Positions 8,090-18,272 are shown, counted from the first letter of the stretch. The stretch: DNA of 64,000 nt from a bacterium (GCA_020057555.1 JAGVFR010000026.1:22631-86630), one strand, 5' to 3'. A program made the numbers and translations. The notes: generated from the sequence alone by a model not told the origin.

Positions 8090-9181
8090 ATGACACAAAT
8101 TACAGAATTCAATTATCATCTTCCAAGAGAGTTAATCGCACAATGCTCTGTCCAGCCTCGCGACCAATCACGGCTCATGGTTTTGGATAAACAAACAGGG
8201 AAGTTGAACCACAAGAAATTTTTTGAGATTGTTGATGAGTTGAAAACAGGTGATGTACTTGTATTTAATGATACAAAAGTTTTTAGAGCCCGGCTCAAGA
8301 CGCAAAATGGAATTGAGATATTTTTGTTGCGTGCGCGGGAAGACGATATTTGGGAAGTTTTGGCGCGTCCGGGAAAGAAGTTGCAGGTTGGACAAACACT
8401 TTGTATTGAACATGAAACAGAAAAACTTTGTGGAGAAGTGATGTCAAAACAATCAGACGGAACTGTTTTGATAAAATTTGATCGCGTACCAAATGACGTA
8501 ATCGCGTTTGCAAATATATACGGAGAGATTCCTATTCCTCCTTATGTGAAAAATATACCGGAGCGATTGGAAGATTATCAAACGATCTATGCAAAAGAGA
8601 CAGGTTCTGTTGCGGCGCCAACAGCCGGTTTTCACTTCACAGAAGATCTTATGGAAGAATTAAAATCAAAAGGCGTGCAATTCGAATTTGTAACACTTCA
8701 CGTTGGAATTGGAACTTTTCGTCCAATGAAAACAGAAACGATCGAGGAACATGAAATGCACAGCGAGTTTGTTTCTGTCTCAAAAGAGACAGCAGATCGG
8801 ATCAATCAAGCAAAAAAAGATGAGCGACGCGTGATCGCTGTTGGAACGACAACAGTTCGTACACTTGAAGGAGTCGCAAATTATCCCCTGAGCGAAGGTC
8901 AATTAGGCCTTCGACAGGCTCAGGCAATAATTGACCGAAGTCGAATGGGTAATTTTTATCTTCCAGATGGTTTTACAGGCGACGTTAATCTATTTATCAA
9001 ACCAGGCTTTGATTTCAAAATAATTGATGGGCTTATAACGAATTTTCATTTACCAAAATCAACATTACTGGTTTTGGTTTCGGCTTTTGCTGGAAGAGAA
9101 AATGTTTTGCGCGCGTATGAAGAAGCAGTTGCGCAACAGTATCGTTTTTTTTCCTTTGGCGACGCGATGTTTATTGCTTGA
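8090..9181 (+). CDS. queA: S-adenosylmethionine:tRNA ribosyltransferase-isomerase
   Basis: N-terminal FNYHLPRELIAQ and overall QueA layout; carries an in-frame insertion of the 25-nt dispersed repeat at 8908-8932. Confidence 0.9.
   Translation: MTQITEFNYHLPRELIAQCSVQPRDQSRLMVLDKQTGKLNHKKFFEIVDELKTGDVLVFNDTKVFRARLKTQNGIEIFLLRAREDDIWEVLARPGKKLQVGQTLCIEHETEKLCGEVMSKQSDGTVLIKFDRVPNDVIAFANIYGEIPIPPYVKNIPERLEDYQTIYAKETGSVAAPTAGFHFTEDLMEELKSKGVQFEFVTLHVGIGTFRPMKTETIEEHEMHSEFVSVSKETADRINQAKKDERRVIAVGTTTVRTLEGVANYPLSEGQLGLRQAQAIIDRSRMGNFYLPDGFTGDVNLFIKPGFDFKIIDGLITNFHLPKSTLLVLVSAFAGRENVLRAYEEAVAQQYRFFSFGDAMFIA
8908..8932 (+). repeat. dispersed 25-nt repeat CCTTCGACAGGCTCAGGCAATAATT (copy inside queA coding sequence)
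   Basis: Exact 25-mer also at 57313-57337; near-identical copies at 34817-34841 and 20178-20196; flanked here by the 9-bp inverted repeat GGTCAATTA/TAATTGACC. Confidence 0.8.
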
Positions 9182-9938
9182 TCGCGTAGCTGATGCTCAC
9201 GTGTATTGTGACTTTCTCCTGTCCTTCTTCAATCGTTGGTGCTGAGTCAGGAACACTTACCGCCTTTTCCATTGCGTAAAAGCTTACGCCACTTTCTTCT
9301 TTCCATTCAGTGTAACTTATCGGTGATCGTAGCTTGACGCCCAATTGTTCAGCAATTGTTTGAGCGCGTGATTTTGCGTCATCAAGCGCTGCGAGTCGAG
9401 CTTCATCAAGTGCAGTTTGGTCGTTTTCAATGGAAAAATTTGGTCCTGAGATATTTGTTGCGCCATTTTGTCCGATAGTTTCTAGAATCGAAGAAATTTT
9501 TTCAAGATCACGAATTGTTAAATCAATACTTTGACTAACAACCCAGCCAATTGTGTTTCCATACGTTCCTGTTTCAGGATCGTATTTTTTTTCTTCGTAA
9601 GCGTTGTAGTTGCTTGTTTGAATGTCTTTTTCATCAATATTGAGTGATTTTACTTTTTCAATCAGAGCGTTCATTTTTTCTGAATTGTTGTTTTGCGTTA
9701 GATCAAGAGTTTTTGCGCGTGACTCAACAGAGAATGTCACTTTTGCCATGTCCGGTTTTATCTCAGCTCTTCCAACACCTTCAACGCTGATTGTAAATTC
9801 ATAAGGCGTTGGTTTGCCAACCTGCATTGCCTCGCGCAATGTTTGCCAAGTTTTGAAACCAAGGAATAAAGCGAGCATGAGCAAAACTATCAGGCTCAAA
9901 ACATGGAGCCATTTATTTTCATGTATGTTTGTGATCAT
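9171..9938 (-). CDS. SIMPL/DUF541-like secreted or membrane-anchored protein
   Basis: N-terminal TM/signal anchor; length and C-terminal pattern compatible with the SIMPL family; weak assignment. Confidence 0.45.
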   Translation of the reverse strand: MITNIHENKWLHVLSLIVLLMLALFLGFKTWQTLREAMQVGKPTPYEFTISVEGVGRAEIKPDMAKVTFSVESRAKTLDLTQNNNSEKMNALIEKVKSLNIDEKDIQTSNYNAYEEKKYDPETGTYGNTIGWVVSQSIDLTIRDLEKISSILETIGQNGATNISGPNFSIENDQTALDEARLAALDDAKSRAQTIAEQLGVKLRSPISYTEWKEESGVSFYAMEKAVSVPDSAPTIEEGQEKVTIHVSISYAIKQ

Positions 9939-10088
9939 ATGGTGAAATTATATCAAATTCTTGACATATTTTGAACAAACCAATACACTATCGCCATTAT
10001 TAACCAAACAGGTGGAATAAATAGGCATGCCTCCTCCCGCAAACAACGGGCACATATCTATCCACCAGTGCTTAATAAGGAGATATTT

Positions 10089-10811
10089 ATGAACAAACCT
10101 TCCATAATCGACATGCTCAAAGCGGGCATGCACTTTGGTCACAGCACTTCACGTTGGCATCCGAAAATGAAACCGTTCATTTTTAGTGAACGCAGTGGTG
10201 TGCATATTATCAATCTTGAGGAAACACAGAAACTGCTCGATCAAGCGCTTAATCAGATTAAGCAAATTGTTTCCCGTGGTGGAATTCTTCTGTTTGTTGG
10301 AACAAAAACCCAAGCCGCTCCGATTGTTCGAAAATACGCCGAAGCTTGCGGTATGCCGTTTGTAACTGAACGATGGCTTGGCGGGACACTCACTAACTTT
10401 CGACAAATCAAGGAATCAATCAAGCGTTTTAAGATGCTCAAAGATCAACGCGACAAAGGTGAACTTAAAAAGTACACAAAGAAAGAACAACTCATGATTC
10501 AGTGGGAGATTCAAGATATGGAAAAGCGTCTTGGTGGAATTGAATCACTCACAAAAGTTCCTGAAGCATTATTTGTGATTGATATCCGTCATGAGCGTAC
10601 TTCGGTTCGAGAGGCAAATGATACAGGAGCAAGAGTGTTTGCTGTTTGCGATACAAATGTAAATCCAAAAGGCGTTGATTATATCATTCCAGCCAATGAT
10701 GATTCAGTGAAAGGAATTGAACTTTTGTGCAAAGCTGTGAGTGAGGCTGTAAAGGAAGGAAAAGCAACAACTACAGTCATAGCTCCAAAAGCACAACCAA
10801 CTGAAGTTTAA
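10089..10811 (+). CDS. rpsB: 30S ribosomal protein S2
   Basis: MLKAGMHFGHSTSRWHPKM motif; GGAG Shine-Dalgarno upstream of ATG 10089. Confidence 0.9.
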   Translation: MNKPSIIDMLKAGMHFGHSTSRWHPKMKPFIFSERSGVHIINLEETQKLLDQALNQIKQIVSRGGILLFVGTKTQAAPIVRKYAEACGMPFVTERWLGGTLTNFRQIKESIKRFKMLKDQRDKGELKKYTKKEQLMIQWEIQDMEKRLGGIESLTKVPEALFVIDIRHERTSVREANDTGARVFAVCDTNVNPKGVDYIIPANDDSVKGIELLCKAVSEAVKEGKATTTVIAPKAQPTEV

Positions 10812-10823
10812 TTTTTTATACTT

Positions 10824-10866
10824 CTGGGCCCTCTCGGCCCTCTTGGTCCTCTTAGACCTTTTCTTT
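10824..10866. repeat. period-9 pyrimidine-rich tandem repeat abutting the tsf start codon
   Basis: GGCCCTCTC GGCCCTCTT GGTCCTCTT AGACCTTTT CTTTTT then ATG. Confidence 0.6.
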
Positions 10867-10868
10867 TT

Positions 10869-11456
10869 ATGCAAATTGATGCCAAACTTGTTGCTCAACT
10901 TCGCGCGCAAACTGGTGCGGGTATGATGGATGCCAAGACTTCTCTTGAAGAGTCTGGTGGAGATTTAGAAAAAGCCGCGGAAATATTGCGCAAAAAAGGT
11001 GTTGTGAAAGCTGGGAAAAAATCTGATCGTGAAACTCACGAAGGACGTGTTCACGCTTACATTCATTCAAACGGGAAACTCGGCGCGCTTGTGGAAGTTT
11101 TGTGTGAAACGGATTTTGTTGCGCGTAATGAAGTGTTCGTTGATTTTTGCAATGATATTGCAATGCATGTTAGCGCTTGTGATCCATTGTATGTTTCGCG
11201 CGTTGATGTTCCAGTGGAAATGGTTGAAAAAGAAAAACAAATTTATCTTGAAGAAATGACAGGGCAGTCAAAGCCGGCTGATGTGATGGAAAAAATAATT
11301 GAAGGTAAATTGAACAAATGGTTTTCAGAAATTGTTCTTTTGGAACAGCAGTTTATAAAAGATGAGGACAAAACCATTGAAGAGTATTTGAAAGAAAAGA
11401 TTGTTTCGCTTGGGGAGAATATGCAGATAAAGCGGTTTTGCAGGTTAAGTATTTAA
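10869..11456 (+). CDS. tsf: elongation factor Ts (short form)
   Basis: LRAQTGAGMMDAKTSLEESGGDLEKAAEILRKKG UBA-like N-terminus characteristic of EF-Ts. Confidence 0.9.
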   Translation: MQIDAKLVAQLRAQTGAGMMDAKTSLEESGGDLEKAAEILRKKGVVKAGKKSDRETHEGRVHAYIHSNGKLGALVEVLCETDFVARNEVFVDFCNDIAMHVSACDPLYVSRVDVPVEMVEKEKQIYLEEMTGQSKPADVMEKIIEGKLNKWFSEIVLLEQQFIKDEDKTIEEYLKEKIVSLGENMQIKRFCRLSI

Positions 11457-11465
11457 GATATTGAA

Positions 11466-11498
11466 AGCCGGCTGTTGACAAAACAGTCGGCTTTTGTT
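11466..11498 (+). terminator. intrinsic terminator after tsf
   Basis: AGCCGGCTGTT-GACAA-AACAGTCGGCT hairpin followed by a T-run. Confidence 0.65.
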
Positions 11499-11736
11499 AT
11501 TTATAATCGTCGTTTGGCTTGGGTAATGTGCTCAAGCGTGCGGCATGTTCTTTGGTTGCTGGGATGGAAAGACGGCTGTTCATTCAGTTGTTAATCCAAA
11601 AATGACCGGCAATACGGAGGGTCGAAAATGACAAAGTACAGTTTTCCTGCATGGTTCAAGGATTTGCAGGAACGTTAACATTGATAAGACTCCAGGTGAC
11701 AAGATATTCCTTGTGAAGCATTTCAATAGGGAGATC

Positions 11737-11994
11737 ATGTCCGAAGACGTAATAGTCGAGATGGACAAGTTCGGCTATCGTCCAGCAACTCACATCGAAG
11801 CATACGAGTTCCAGAAGAAGAATCCTGATCTTCAGCGTCAGTTTCTGCTCATCGCTCTTGGTTCGTTCGTGGTGATCGACTGCGGCCGGTGCTTCACTGT
11901 GTTGGGCGGTAATTCCGGCAGGCGCGTCTTCGACAGCCTCTGGTTCGACCGCAGGTGGCTTGCCGACTGCCGCTTTCTGTTTGTCCGCAAGTAA
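11737..11994 (+). CDS. hypothetical small protein
   Basis: AGGGAG SD before ATG 11737; ends at a clear terminator; C-terminal third is GC-rich. Confidence 0.35.
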   Translation: MSEDVIVEMDKFGYRPATHIEAYEFQKKNPDLQRQFLLIALGSFVVIDCGRCFTVLGGNSGRRVFDSLWFDRRWLADCRFLFVRK

Positions 11995-12009
11995 GGCTCT
12001 TTGTTCTCT

Positions 12010-12032
12010 GACCCGATCTCGGGTCTTTTTTA
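12010..12032 (+). terminator. intrinsic terminator
   Basis: GACCCGATCTCGGGTC hairpin plus T6. Confidence 0.7.
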
Positions 12033-12103
12033 ATTCCTTGTGTTAAAATGTTATCAATGAAGAACCACGGCTAAAACCGTGGGCTACAATAATTTATTTT
12101 TTT

Positions 12104-13111
12104 ATGCTCCGCATTGCAATCAATGGCTTTGGCCGAATTGGCCGCACAACACTTAAAGTCGGTTGGAAACGAAAAAATGTTGAGTTTGTCGCGATCAATG
12201 ATTTAACAGAACCGAAAATTCTCGCGCATTTACTCAAATACGATTCAGTGTTTCGAGCGTGGACTGTTCCAGTCAAAGCAGGAAAAGATTTTTTGTTGAT
12301 TGATAAGAAAAAAATTCCAGTGTTTACGCAAACTGATCCTGCTAAAATTCCATGGGGTGCTCACAAAGTTGATGTTGTGATTGAATCAACAGGAAGATTT
12401 ACAAAAACAGAAGACGCGAAAAAACATTTGCAAGCCGGCGCAAAGCGAGTTGTCATAAGTGCGCCATCAGATGACGCGCCGACTTTTCTAATGGGCGTGA
12501 ATCACAAAGATTGTCGAAAAGATCAAACAATCATCAACAATGCTTCATGCACAACAAATTCTGTCGGACCAGTTGCCCAGATTTTGGTTGAAGCGTTTGG
12601 TGTGAAAAAAGCAATGCTTTCAACAATTCATTCTGTTACAGCAGAACAAAACATTGTTGACAGTATTCCTCCAAAACTTCATCTTGATTTGCGTAGAGCT
12701 CGAAGCGCGCTTGTTAATCTTGTTCCGACAAGCACTGGCGCGGCAAAAGCAACAACTCAAGCAATACCATCACTTAAAAATAAATTTGATGGAATAGCTA
12801 TTCGCGTTCCAACGATTGATGTTTCGCTTACGGATTTTACTTTTCTTCTTTCAAAACAAACAACCGTTGAGGAAGTGAATCAAGTATTTCGCGATGCGGC
12901 GCGCGATCAACGTTGGAAAAATATCGTCGGAGTTACAGACGAGCCTCTTGTTTCAACTGATTTCATTGGTTCAACATTTGGAACTGTTGTTGATCTTGGA
13001 ATGACACGTTTAGTTGATGGCGATCTTTTGAAAGTTCTCGCGTGGTATGACAATGAGTGGGGATATTCGGAGAGGTTGATGGATATGGTGCAGTATGTTG
13101 GGAAGTTATAA
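12104..13111 (+). CDS. gap: glyceraldehyde-3-phosphate dehydrogenase
   Basis: NGFGRIGR NAD-binding motif and catalytic ASCTTNS motif. Confidence 0.95.
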   Translation: MLRIAINGFGRIGRTTLKVGWKRKNVEFVAINDLTEPKILAHLLKYDSVFRAWTVPVKAGKDFLLIDKKKIPVFTQTDPAKIPWGAHKVDVVIESTGRFTKTEDAKKHLQAGAKRVVISAPSDDAPTFLMGVNHKDCRKDQTIINNASCTTNSVGPVAQILVEAFGVKKAMLSTIHSVTAEQNIVDSIPPKLHLDLRRARSALVNLVPTSTGAAKATTQAIPSLKNKFDGIAIRVPTIDVSLTDFTFLLSKQTTVEEVNQVFRDAARDQRWKNIVGVTDEPLVSTDFIGSTFGTVVDLGMTRLVDGDLLKVLAWYDNEWGYSERLMDMVQYVGKL

Positions 13112-13114
13112 ATT

Positions 13115-13990
13115 ATGGAGCTTGCTTTTGATTTCATAATTTTTTTCTATCTTATTACTGTTGGGATTTTTTTGTTACATGAGAGGCGTCATCGCGTGAT
13201 TTTTGTTTTGTTTATTTTATCTTGGATCACGATTTTTTACGGAAGTTTCATTGAGCCTCGTCTGTTGATCGTTAAGCAAACTTCAGTTGAACTTGTAGAT
13301 TCGCCAACACAAACTATTCGCGCGGTAGTTTTTTCTGATATTCACGTTGGTCCTTTTAAAAAAGCAGATTGGGTTTCACATGTTGTAAAACGCGTGCAAG
13401 AACTTCAACCCGATATCGTTTTTATTTTAGGTGATTTTGTTGTCAAATCAGCGGCTGATGTTCAATATCTTTCACCACTTTCTAAACTTAAAGCGCCATA
13501 CGGAGTTTATGCTGTAACTGGAAATCACGAATATCACGCGAACGCGTCAGACGAGGTGGTCACTGCGCTTGAATCTTATGGAATCGAAGTTATCGAAAAC
13601 GAGACGCTTAATCTCGAGATTGGAGATAAAACATTGCGTTTCGCAGGAGTATCTGATATTTGGTTTGAAGGAGACATCGGAAAAACAATGCAAAGTGTTG
13701 TTGATGAAGATACGACGATTATGTTAGCGCACAATCCAGATGTTGTTTTATATGACGCGACACGTTTGGCTGATCTTGTGCTTGCCGCTCACACACATGG
13801 AGGCCAGATTCGTCTTCCTTGGATTGGTCCAGTGCCATCACTTCCAACAAAACTCGGTCGTGCGTTTGATAAAGGTTGGTTTGAATATAATGATAAACCG
13901 CTTTTTATCACAAGCGGTGTTGGAGAAACAGGAACTCGCGCGCGATTGTTCAACTTGCCAGAGATTGTTGAAATGGAAATTGGGTTTTAA
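13115..13990 (+). CDS. membrane-anchored metallophosphoesterase (calcineurin-like)
   Basis: FSDIHVG...GNHEY...AHTHGG metallophosphatase motifs; N-terminal TM helices. Confidence 0.8.
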   Translation: MELAFDFIIFFYLITVGIFLLHERRHRVIFVLFILSWITIFYGSFIEPRLLIVKQTSVELVDSPTQTIRAVVFSDIHVGPFKKADWVSHVVKRVQELQPDIVFILGDFVVKSAADVQYLSPLSKLKAPYGVYAVTGNHEYHANASDEVVTALESYGIEVIENETLNLEIGDKTLRFAGVSDIWFEGDIGKTMQSVVDEDTTIMLAHNPDVVLYDATRLADLVLAAHTHGGQIRLPWIGPVPSLPTKLGRAFDKGWFEYNDKPLFITSGVGETGTRARLFNLPEIVEMEIGF

Positions 13991-14025
13991 TGAGAATCCG
14001 TTTTTGTGCTACCATAAGGCCAACT

Positions 14026-15222
14026 ATGTCCATTCGGTTGCGCAAAATTCCTCAAGATTTACCGCTTAAAGGTAAGCGTGTACTTATTCGTATTGATGGA
14101 AACGTGCCAATTGAGAAAGGGCGCGCTGTTGATGGTCCACATGGAAGAATCGCTCGCGCCGCAGTTGATATTGATTGGCTTTCTCAACACGGAGCTCGTG
14201 TTGTTGTGCTTACACATCTTGGGCGTCCAAACGGAAGACGAAAGGCAGCTTATTCTGTGGCTCCGATTGCAAAACGATTAGGGAGTTTGCTTGGAACAAA
14301 AATTGCAGTCTCACGTGATCTTTTCGGACCGCGAGCTGAACGAGCAGTTGCAAATTTGAAAGATGGCCAAGTTTTACTTTTGGAAAACATGCGTTTTGAT
14401 CCACGAGAAACAGAAAATGATTCAACTTTTGCAAAATCACTCGCACAGCTTGGCGATCTATATGTAAATGATGCTTTTTCTGTTTCGCATCGAGCACATG
14501 CATCTTTAAGCGCTCTTGCTCACGAGTTACCAGCTTTTGCAGGTCCACTTCTTGCGAATGAAATTAATGTTCTATCTCAACTTGAAAAAAATACAAAACG
14601 TCCTTTTGTTTTGTTGATGGGTGGATTGAAGATTGAAACAAAACTTCCTGTCATTGAACATCTTTCAAGTCAAACGGATTTTGTATTGTTGGGTGGAGCG
14701 CTTGCAACGACTTTTTTTGTTGCGCAAGGAAAATCTGTTGGTCGTTCAGTTTTTGATCAAGAAGGCGTTAAACTTGTTAATGCTTTGCCAAAACAACTTT
14801 TGAAAAAAATTATACTTCCTGAAGATGTTGTTGTTGCTTCCAGTTTCCGCAAAGACGCAAAAACAAAAATTGTTTTAGTCGCTGATATTGGTTCAAAAGA
14901 TCGCATTGTTGATATTGGACCAAAAACGCGTGAGCAATTTATAAAAATAATTTCACAAGCTAAAACGATTGTTTGGAACGGGCCGTTTGGATATTGTGAG
15001 ATTGGAAGTTTTTGCAGTGGAACAAGGACTGTTGCACAAGCAATCGCCAATCGTACTGGAGCCGCGATAACAATTGTCGGAGGAGGAGACACAGGCCCTG
15101 TACTTGAAAAAATGAAACTTTCTGATCAGTTTTCATTACAGTCAACTGGTGGTGGTGCGCTTCTTGAATTTTTGGCTGGCAAGACATTACCTGGTTTAGA
15201 ATACATAAGATCTCGTGATTAA
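14026..15222 (+). CDS. pgk: phosphoglycerate kinase
   Basis: LKGKRVLIRIDGNVP N-terminal motif and PGK layout; ORF is open from 13990, internal ATG 14026 preferred. Confidence 0.9.
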   Translation: MSIRLRKIPQDLPLKGKRVLIRIDGNVPIEKGRAVDGPHGRIARAAVDIDWLSQHGARVVVLTHLGRPNGRRKAAYSVAPIAKRLGSLLGTKIAVSRDLFGPRAERAVANLKDGQVLLLENMRFDPRETENDSTFAKSLAQLGDLYVNDAFSVSHRAHASLSALAHELPAFAGPLLANEINVLSQLEKNTKRPFVLLMGGLKIETKLPVIEHLSSQTDFVLLGGALATTFFVAQGKSVGRSVFDQEGVKLVNALPKQLLKKIILPEDVVVASSFRKDAKTKIVLVADIGSKDRIVDIGPKTREQFIKIISQAKTIVWNGPFGYCEIGSFCSGTRTVAQAIANRTGAAITIVGGGDTGPVLEKMKLSDQFSLQSTGGGALLEFLAGKTLPGLEYIRSRD

Positions 15223-15271
15223 AGTTATTTCATTATGCTTCCGATCGGAAGTGTAGCGAAATATGATTTTT

Positions 15272-16534
15272 ATGAAAAATTCTATTGAATCTATTCACGC
15301 TGACGAGATATTAGATTCACGCGGAAATCCAACTGTTCAAGTTTCGGTTTTGTTAAAAGATGGAACTGTTGGTTTAGCATCTGTGCCAAGCGGTGCTTCA
15401 ACAGGGTCACACGAAGCGCTCGAACTGCGAGACAATGATAAAAAAAGATACAAAGGAAAAGGTGTGTTGAAAGCAGTTCACAATGTCAATACGACGATTG
15501 CAAAAGCTCTGTACGGAATTGATGTTTCAAAACAACGACAGATCGATCAGATCATGATTGATCTTGATGGTACAAAAAACAAAAGTCGTCTTGGTGCAAA
15601 CGCAATTTTAGGTGTGTCGCTCGCGTGCGCTCATGTTGCGGCAAAAGCAAAAAAGATGCCGCTCTATTCGTATCTGCGTTTTGTGTTTGATATTTCACAT
15701 AAAAAATATCGTTTACCGATTCCAACAATGAACGTGCTAAACGGCGGTGCGCATGCAGGATGGATTTTGGATTTTCAGGAATTTATGATTGTTCCGGTTC
15801 AACATTCGTTTAAAGAGCGAATGCGTTGTGGCGCGGAAGTTTTTTATTCACTTGGAGAACTTTTGAAAAAGAAAGGTTTTACTACATTGAAAGGAGATGA
15901 GGGTGGCTACGCGGTGAAGCTGAAAAAAAATGAAGAAGCTTTGAAATTTATAATGAAAGCGATCAAGCAAGCTGGATATCAAGCTGGAAAAAATGTTTTT
16001 CTTGCGATCGATCCGGCAGTTTCAGAACTTTATAATAAAAAAGACAATCGTTATCATCTAAAAGTTGACAATAAGACTTTGACACAAAAGCAAGTGATTG
16101 CTTTGTGGAAGAGTTGGATTAAAAAATATCCGATTATTTCTTTGGAAGATGGATTGGATCAAGATGATTGGAATGGTTGGGTTGAAATGACAAAACAGAT
16201 CGGAAAGAAAGTCGCGCTTGTTGGCGATGATTTTTTTGTGACAGATGTTGAACGATTGCAAAAAGGAATAAAACTTGGCGCAGGAAATGCAATTTTAATC
16301 AAAGTGAATCAGATTGGAACTTTATCTGAAGCAATGGATGCGATTTTGCTTGCCCAACAGTTCGGGTATAAGGTTTCTGTCTCTCATCGTTCTGGAGAAA
16401 CAGAAGACACGACAATCGCTGATTTGGCTGTTGCTGTGAATGCGGATTTTATCAAAACAGGTTCTTTGTCGCGTTCAGAACGGCTTGCGAAATATAATAG
16501 GTTGTTGGAAATAGAGGAGGAAGTAGCAAAGTAG
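15272..16534 (+). CDS. eno: enolase
   Basis: ILDSRGNPTVQV and SGETED motifs. Confidence 0.95.
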   Translation: MKNSIESIHADEILDSRGNPTVQVSVLLKDGTVGLASVPSGASTGSHEALELRDNDKKRYKGKGVLKAVHNVNTTIAKALYGIDVSKQRQIDQIMIDLDGTKNKSRLGANAILGVSLACAHVAAKAKKMPLYSYLRFVFDISHKKYRLPIPTMNVLNGGAHAGWILDFQEFMIVPVQHSFKERMRCGAEVFYSLGELLKKKGFTTLKGDEGGYAVKLKKNEEALKFIMKAIKQAGYQAGKNVFLAIDPAVSELYNKKDNRYHLKVDNKTLTQKQVIALWKSWIKKYPIISLEDGLDQDDWNGWVEMTKQIGKKVALVGDDFFVTDVERLQKGIKLGAGNAILIKVNQIGTLSEAMDAILLAQQFGYKVSVSHRSGETEDTTIADLAVAVNADFIKTGSLSRSERLAKYNRLLEIEEEVAK

Positions 16535-16565
16535 AAAGGGGAAAGGGAGAAAAGGGGTGAGTGGT
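16514..16565 (+). repeat. GA-rich AGTAG / AAGGGGTGAGTGG repeat overlapping eno stop and forming the gpmI SD region
   Basis: AGTAGCAAAGTAGAAAGGGGAAAGGGAGAAAAGGGGTGAGTGG; related to 18168-18215 and reverse-complementary to the CT-rich arms at 18216-18272 and 37141-37189. Confidence 0.6.
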
Positions 16566-16571
16566 AATGAA

Positions 16572-18167
16572 ATGGAAAAGCAAAATATGAATGACAAAAT
16601 CAAAAAACCATACGTGTTAGTTGTCATTGATGGATTTGGAGTTGCTCCGGACAGTGAAGGAAATGCCATAACACGCGCGAACACTCCAAACTTTGATCGT
16701 TATATCCGAACATATCCAACAATGACTTTACGAGCTTCCGGAGAAGAGGTTGGTTTGTCTTGGGGTGAGATGGGAAATTCAGAAGTCGGTCATTTGGCAA
16801 TTGGGGCCGGTCGAGTATATTATCAAATGTTTCCTCGCATCAATCGCGCGATAGCGGACAAGTCTTTTTTTAAAAATGAGGCATTCCTTCATGCCATAGA
16901 TCATGTTAAAAAAAATAATAGTCGTTTGCATTTGATTGGAATGATTAGCGCCGGACGCGTTCATTCAATGGACGAACATTGTTTCGCTCTTCTTGAATTG
17001 GCAAAAAAGAACAGGATTAAAGAAGTATTTGTTCATGCTATTTTGGATGGTCGAGACACAATTTACAATTCAGGCATTGATTTTGTTTCAACACTCGAAA
17101 AGAAAATGAAAAAACTTGGTGTTGGAAAAATCGCATCTCTTTCCGGCCGGTATTACACAATGGATCGAGATAATCGGTGGGAACGAACAAAAAAAGCTTA
17201 TGATGCAATAGTTCGCGGCAAAGGTCCAACAACAAGTGATCCAATTGAAACATTGAAAGAGTCATACACAAAAGAAAAGTACGATGAAGAATTTATCCCT
17301 ACTGTTTTAGTTGACGATGGAAAACCTATTGGAACAGTTCAATCAAACGATGCGATAATTTTTTTCAACTTTCGTCCTGATCGCATGCGTCAAATCACAA
17401 AGTCTTTTGTTCTTCAGGATTTTGACAAGTTTGAACGCTCGAATCTCAATAATCTTTTTGTTACAACAATGGCTGAGTACGAAAAAGATTTACCTGTTGA
17501 GATTGCTTTTCCTCGCATGCAAGTTGAGCATTGTCTTGCGCAGGTAATTTCTGAAAATGGATTGCGGCAATTACATATTGCAGAAACAACAAAGTATGCG
17601 CACGTGACATTTTTCTTGAACGGCACAAAGGAAGAACCGTTTAAGGGCGAAGAGAGAATTATCGTTCCTTCGAAAAATGTTTCTTCGTATGATGAAGAGC
17701 CTGAAATGAGCGCTCGAGCAATCGCGGATAATGTTGTAAAAGAGATGCGAAAAAATGAGTACGATTTTATTGCTTTGAATTTCGCTAATCCGGACATGGT
17801 TGGACATACTGGAAATGTTGAAGCAACAATTAAAGCTGTTGAAGTTGTTGATGAATGTTTGGCAAAAATTGTTGATGAAACTCTCGCGCGTAATGGAGTT
17901 GTTTTTTTAACTGCAGATCATGGAAATGCGGAAGAACGAATCAATCTCCGAACAGGAGATTTGAATAAAGAACACGCAACAAATCCTGTTCCGTTTTGTA
18001 TTATTGGAAAAAAGTTTGAAGGTCAACCGTCAATTGCAGGTGAAGTTCCAGAAGGGGATTTGTCACTTATGTCACCAGTTGGAATGTTGGCGGATGTTGC
18101 GCCAACGATTTTGACTGTGATGGGAATTGAACAGCCAGTTGAAATGAATGGGCAGTCACTTATATAA
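16572..18167 (+). CDS. gpmI: 2,3-bisphosphoglycerate-independent phosphoglycerate mutase
   Basis: VIDGFGVAPDSEGNAI N-terminus and iPGM length; ORF opens with GTG at 16557, ATG 16572 preferred. Confidence 0.9.
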   Translation: MEKQNMNDKIKKPYVLVVIDGFGVAPDSEGNAITRANTPNFDRYIRTYPTMTLRASGEEVGLSWGEMGNSEVGHLAIGAGRVYYQMFPRINRAIADKSFFKNEAFLHAIDHVKKNNSRLHLIGMISAGRVHSMDEHCFALLELAKKNRIKEVFVHAILDGRDTIYNSGIDFVSTLEKKMKKLGVGKIASLSGRYYTMDRDNRWERTKKAYDAIVRGKGPTTSDPIETLKESYTKEKYDEEFIPTVLVDDGKPIGTVQSNDAIIFFNFRPDRMRQITKSFVLQDFDKFERSNLNNLFVTTMAEYEKDLPVEIAFPRMQVEHCLAQVISENGLRQLHIAETTKYAHVTFFLNGTKEEPFKGEERIIVPSKNVSSYDEEPEMSARAIADNVVKEMRKNEYDFIALNFANPDMVGHTGNVEATIKAVEVVDECLAKIVDETLARNGVVFLTADHGNAEERINLRTGDLNKEHATNPVPFCIIGKKFEGQPSIAGEVPEGDLSLMSPVGMLADVAPTILTVMGIEQPVEMNGQSLI

Positions 18168-18272
18168 AAAAGGGGGTGAGGGGGATAGGTGGAAAGTGTG
18201 AAAGGGAAGCACCCTTACCACTCGCCCCTTTTCTCCCTTACTCCCTTTCCAGTTTCCACTCACCTCATTTAA
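18168..18272. repeat. long imperfect inverted repeat (GA-rich arm + CT-rich arm) between gpmI and nth
   Basis: AAGGGGGTGAGGGGGATAGGTGGAAAGTGTGAAAGGGAAG ... CTTACCACTCGCCCCTTTTCTCCCTTACTCCCTTTCCAGTTTCCACTCACCTC; the CT-rich arm abuts the nth ATG. Confidence 0.6.
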
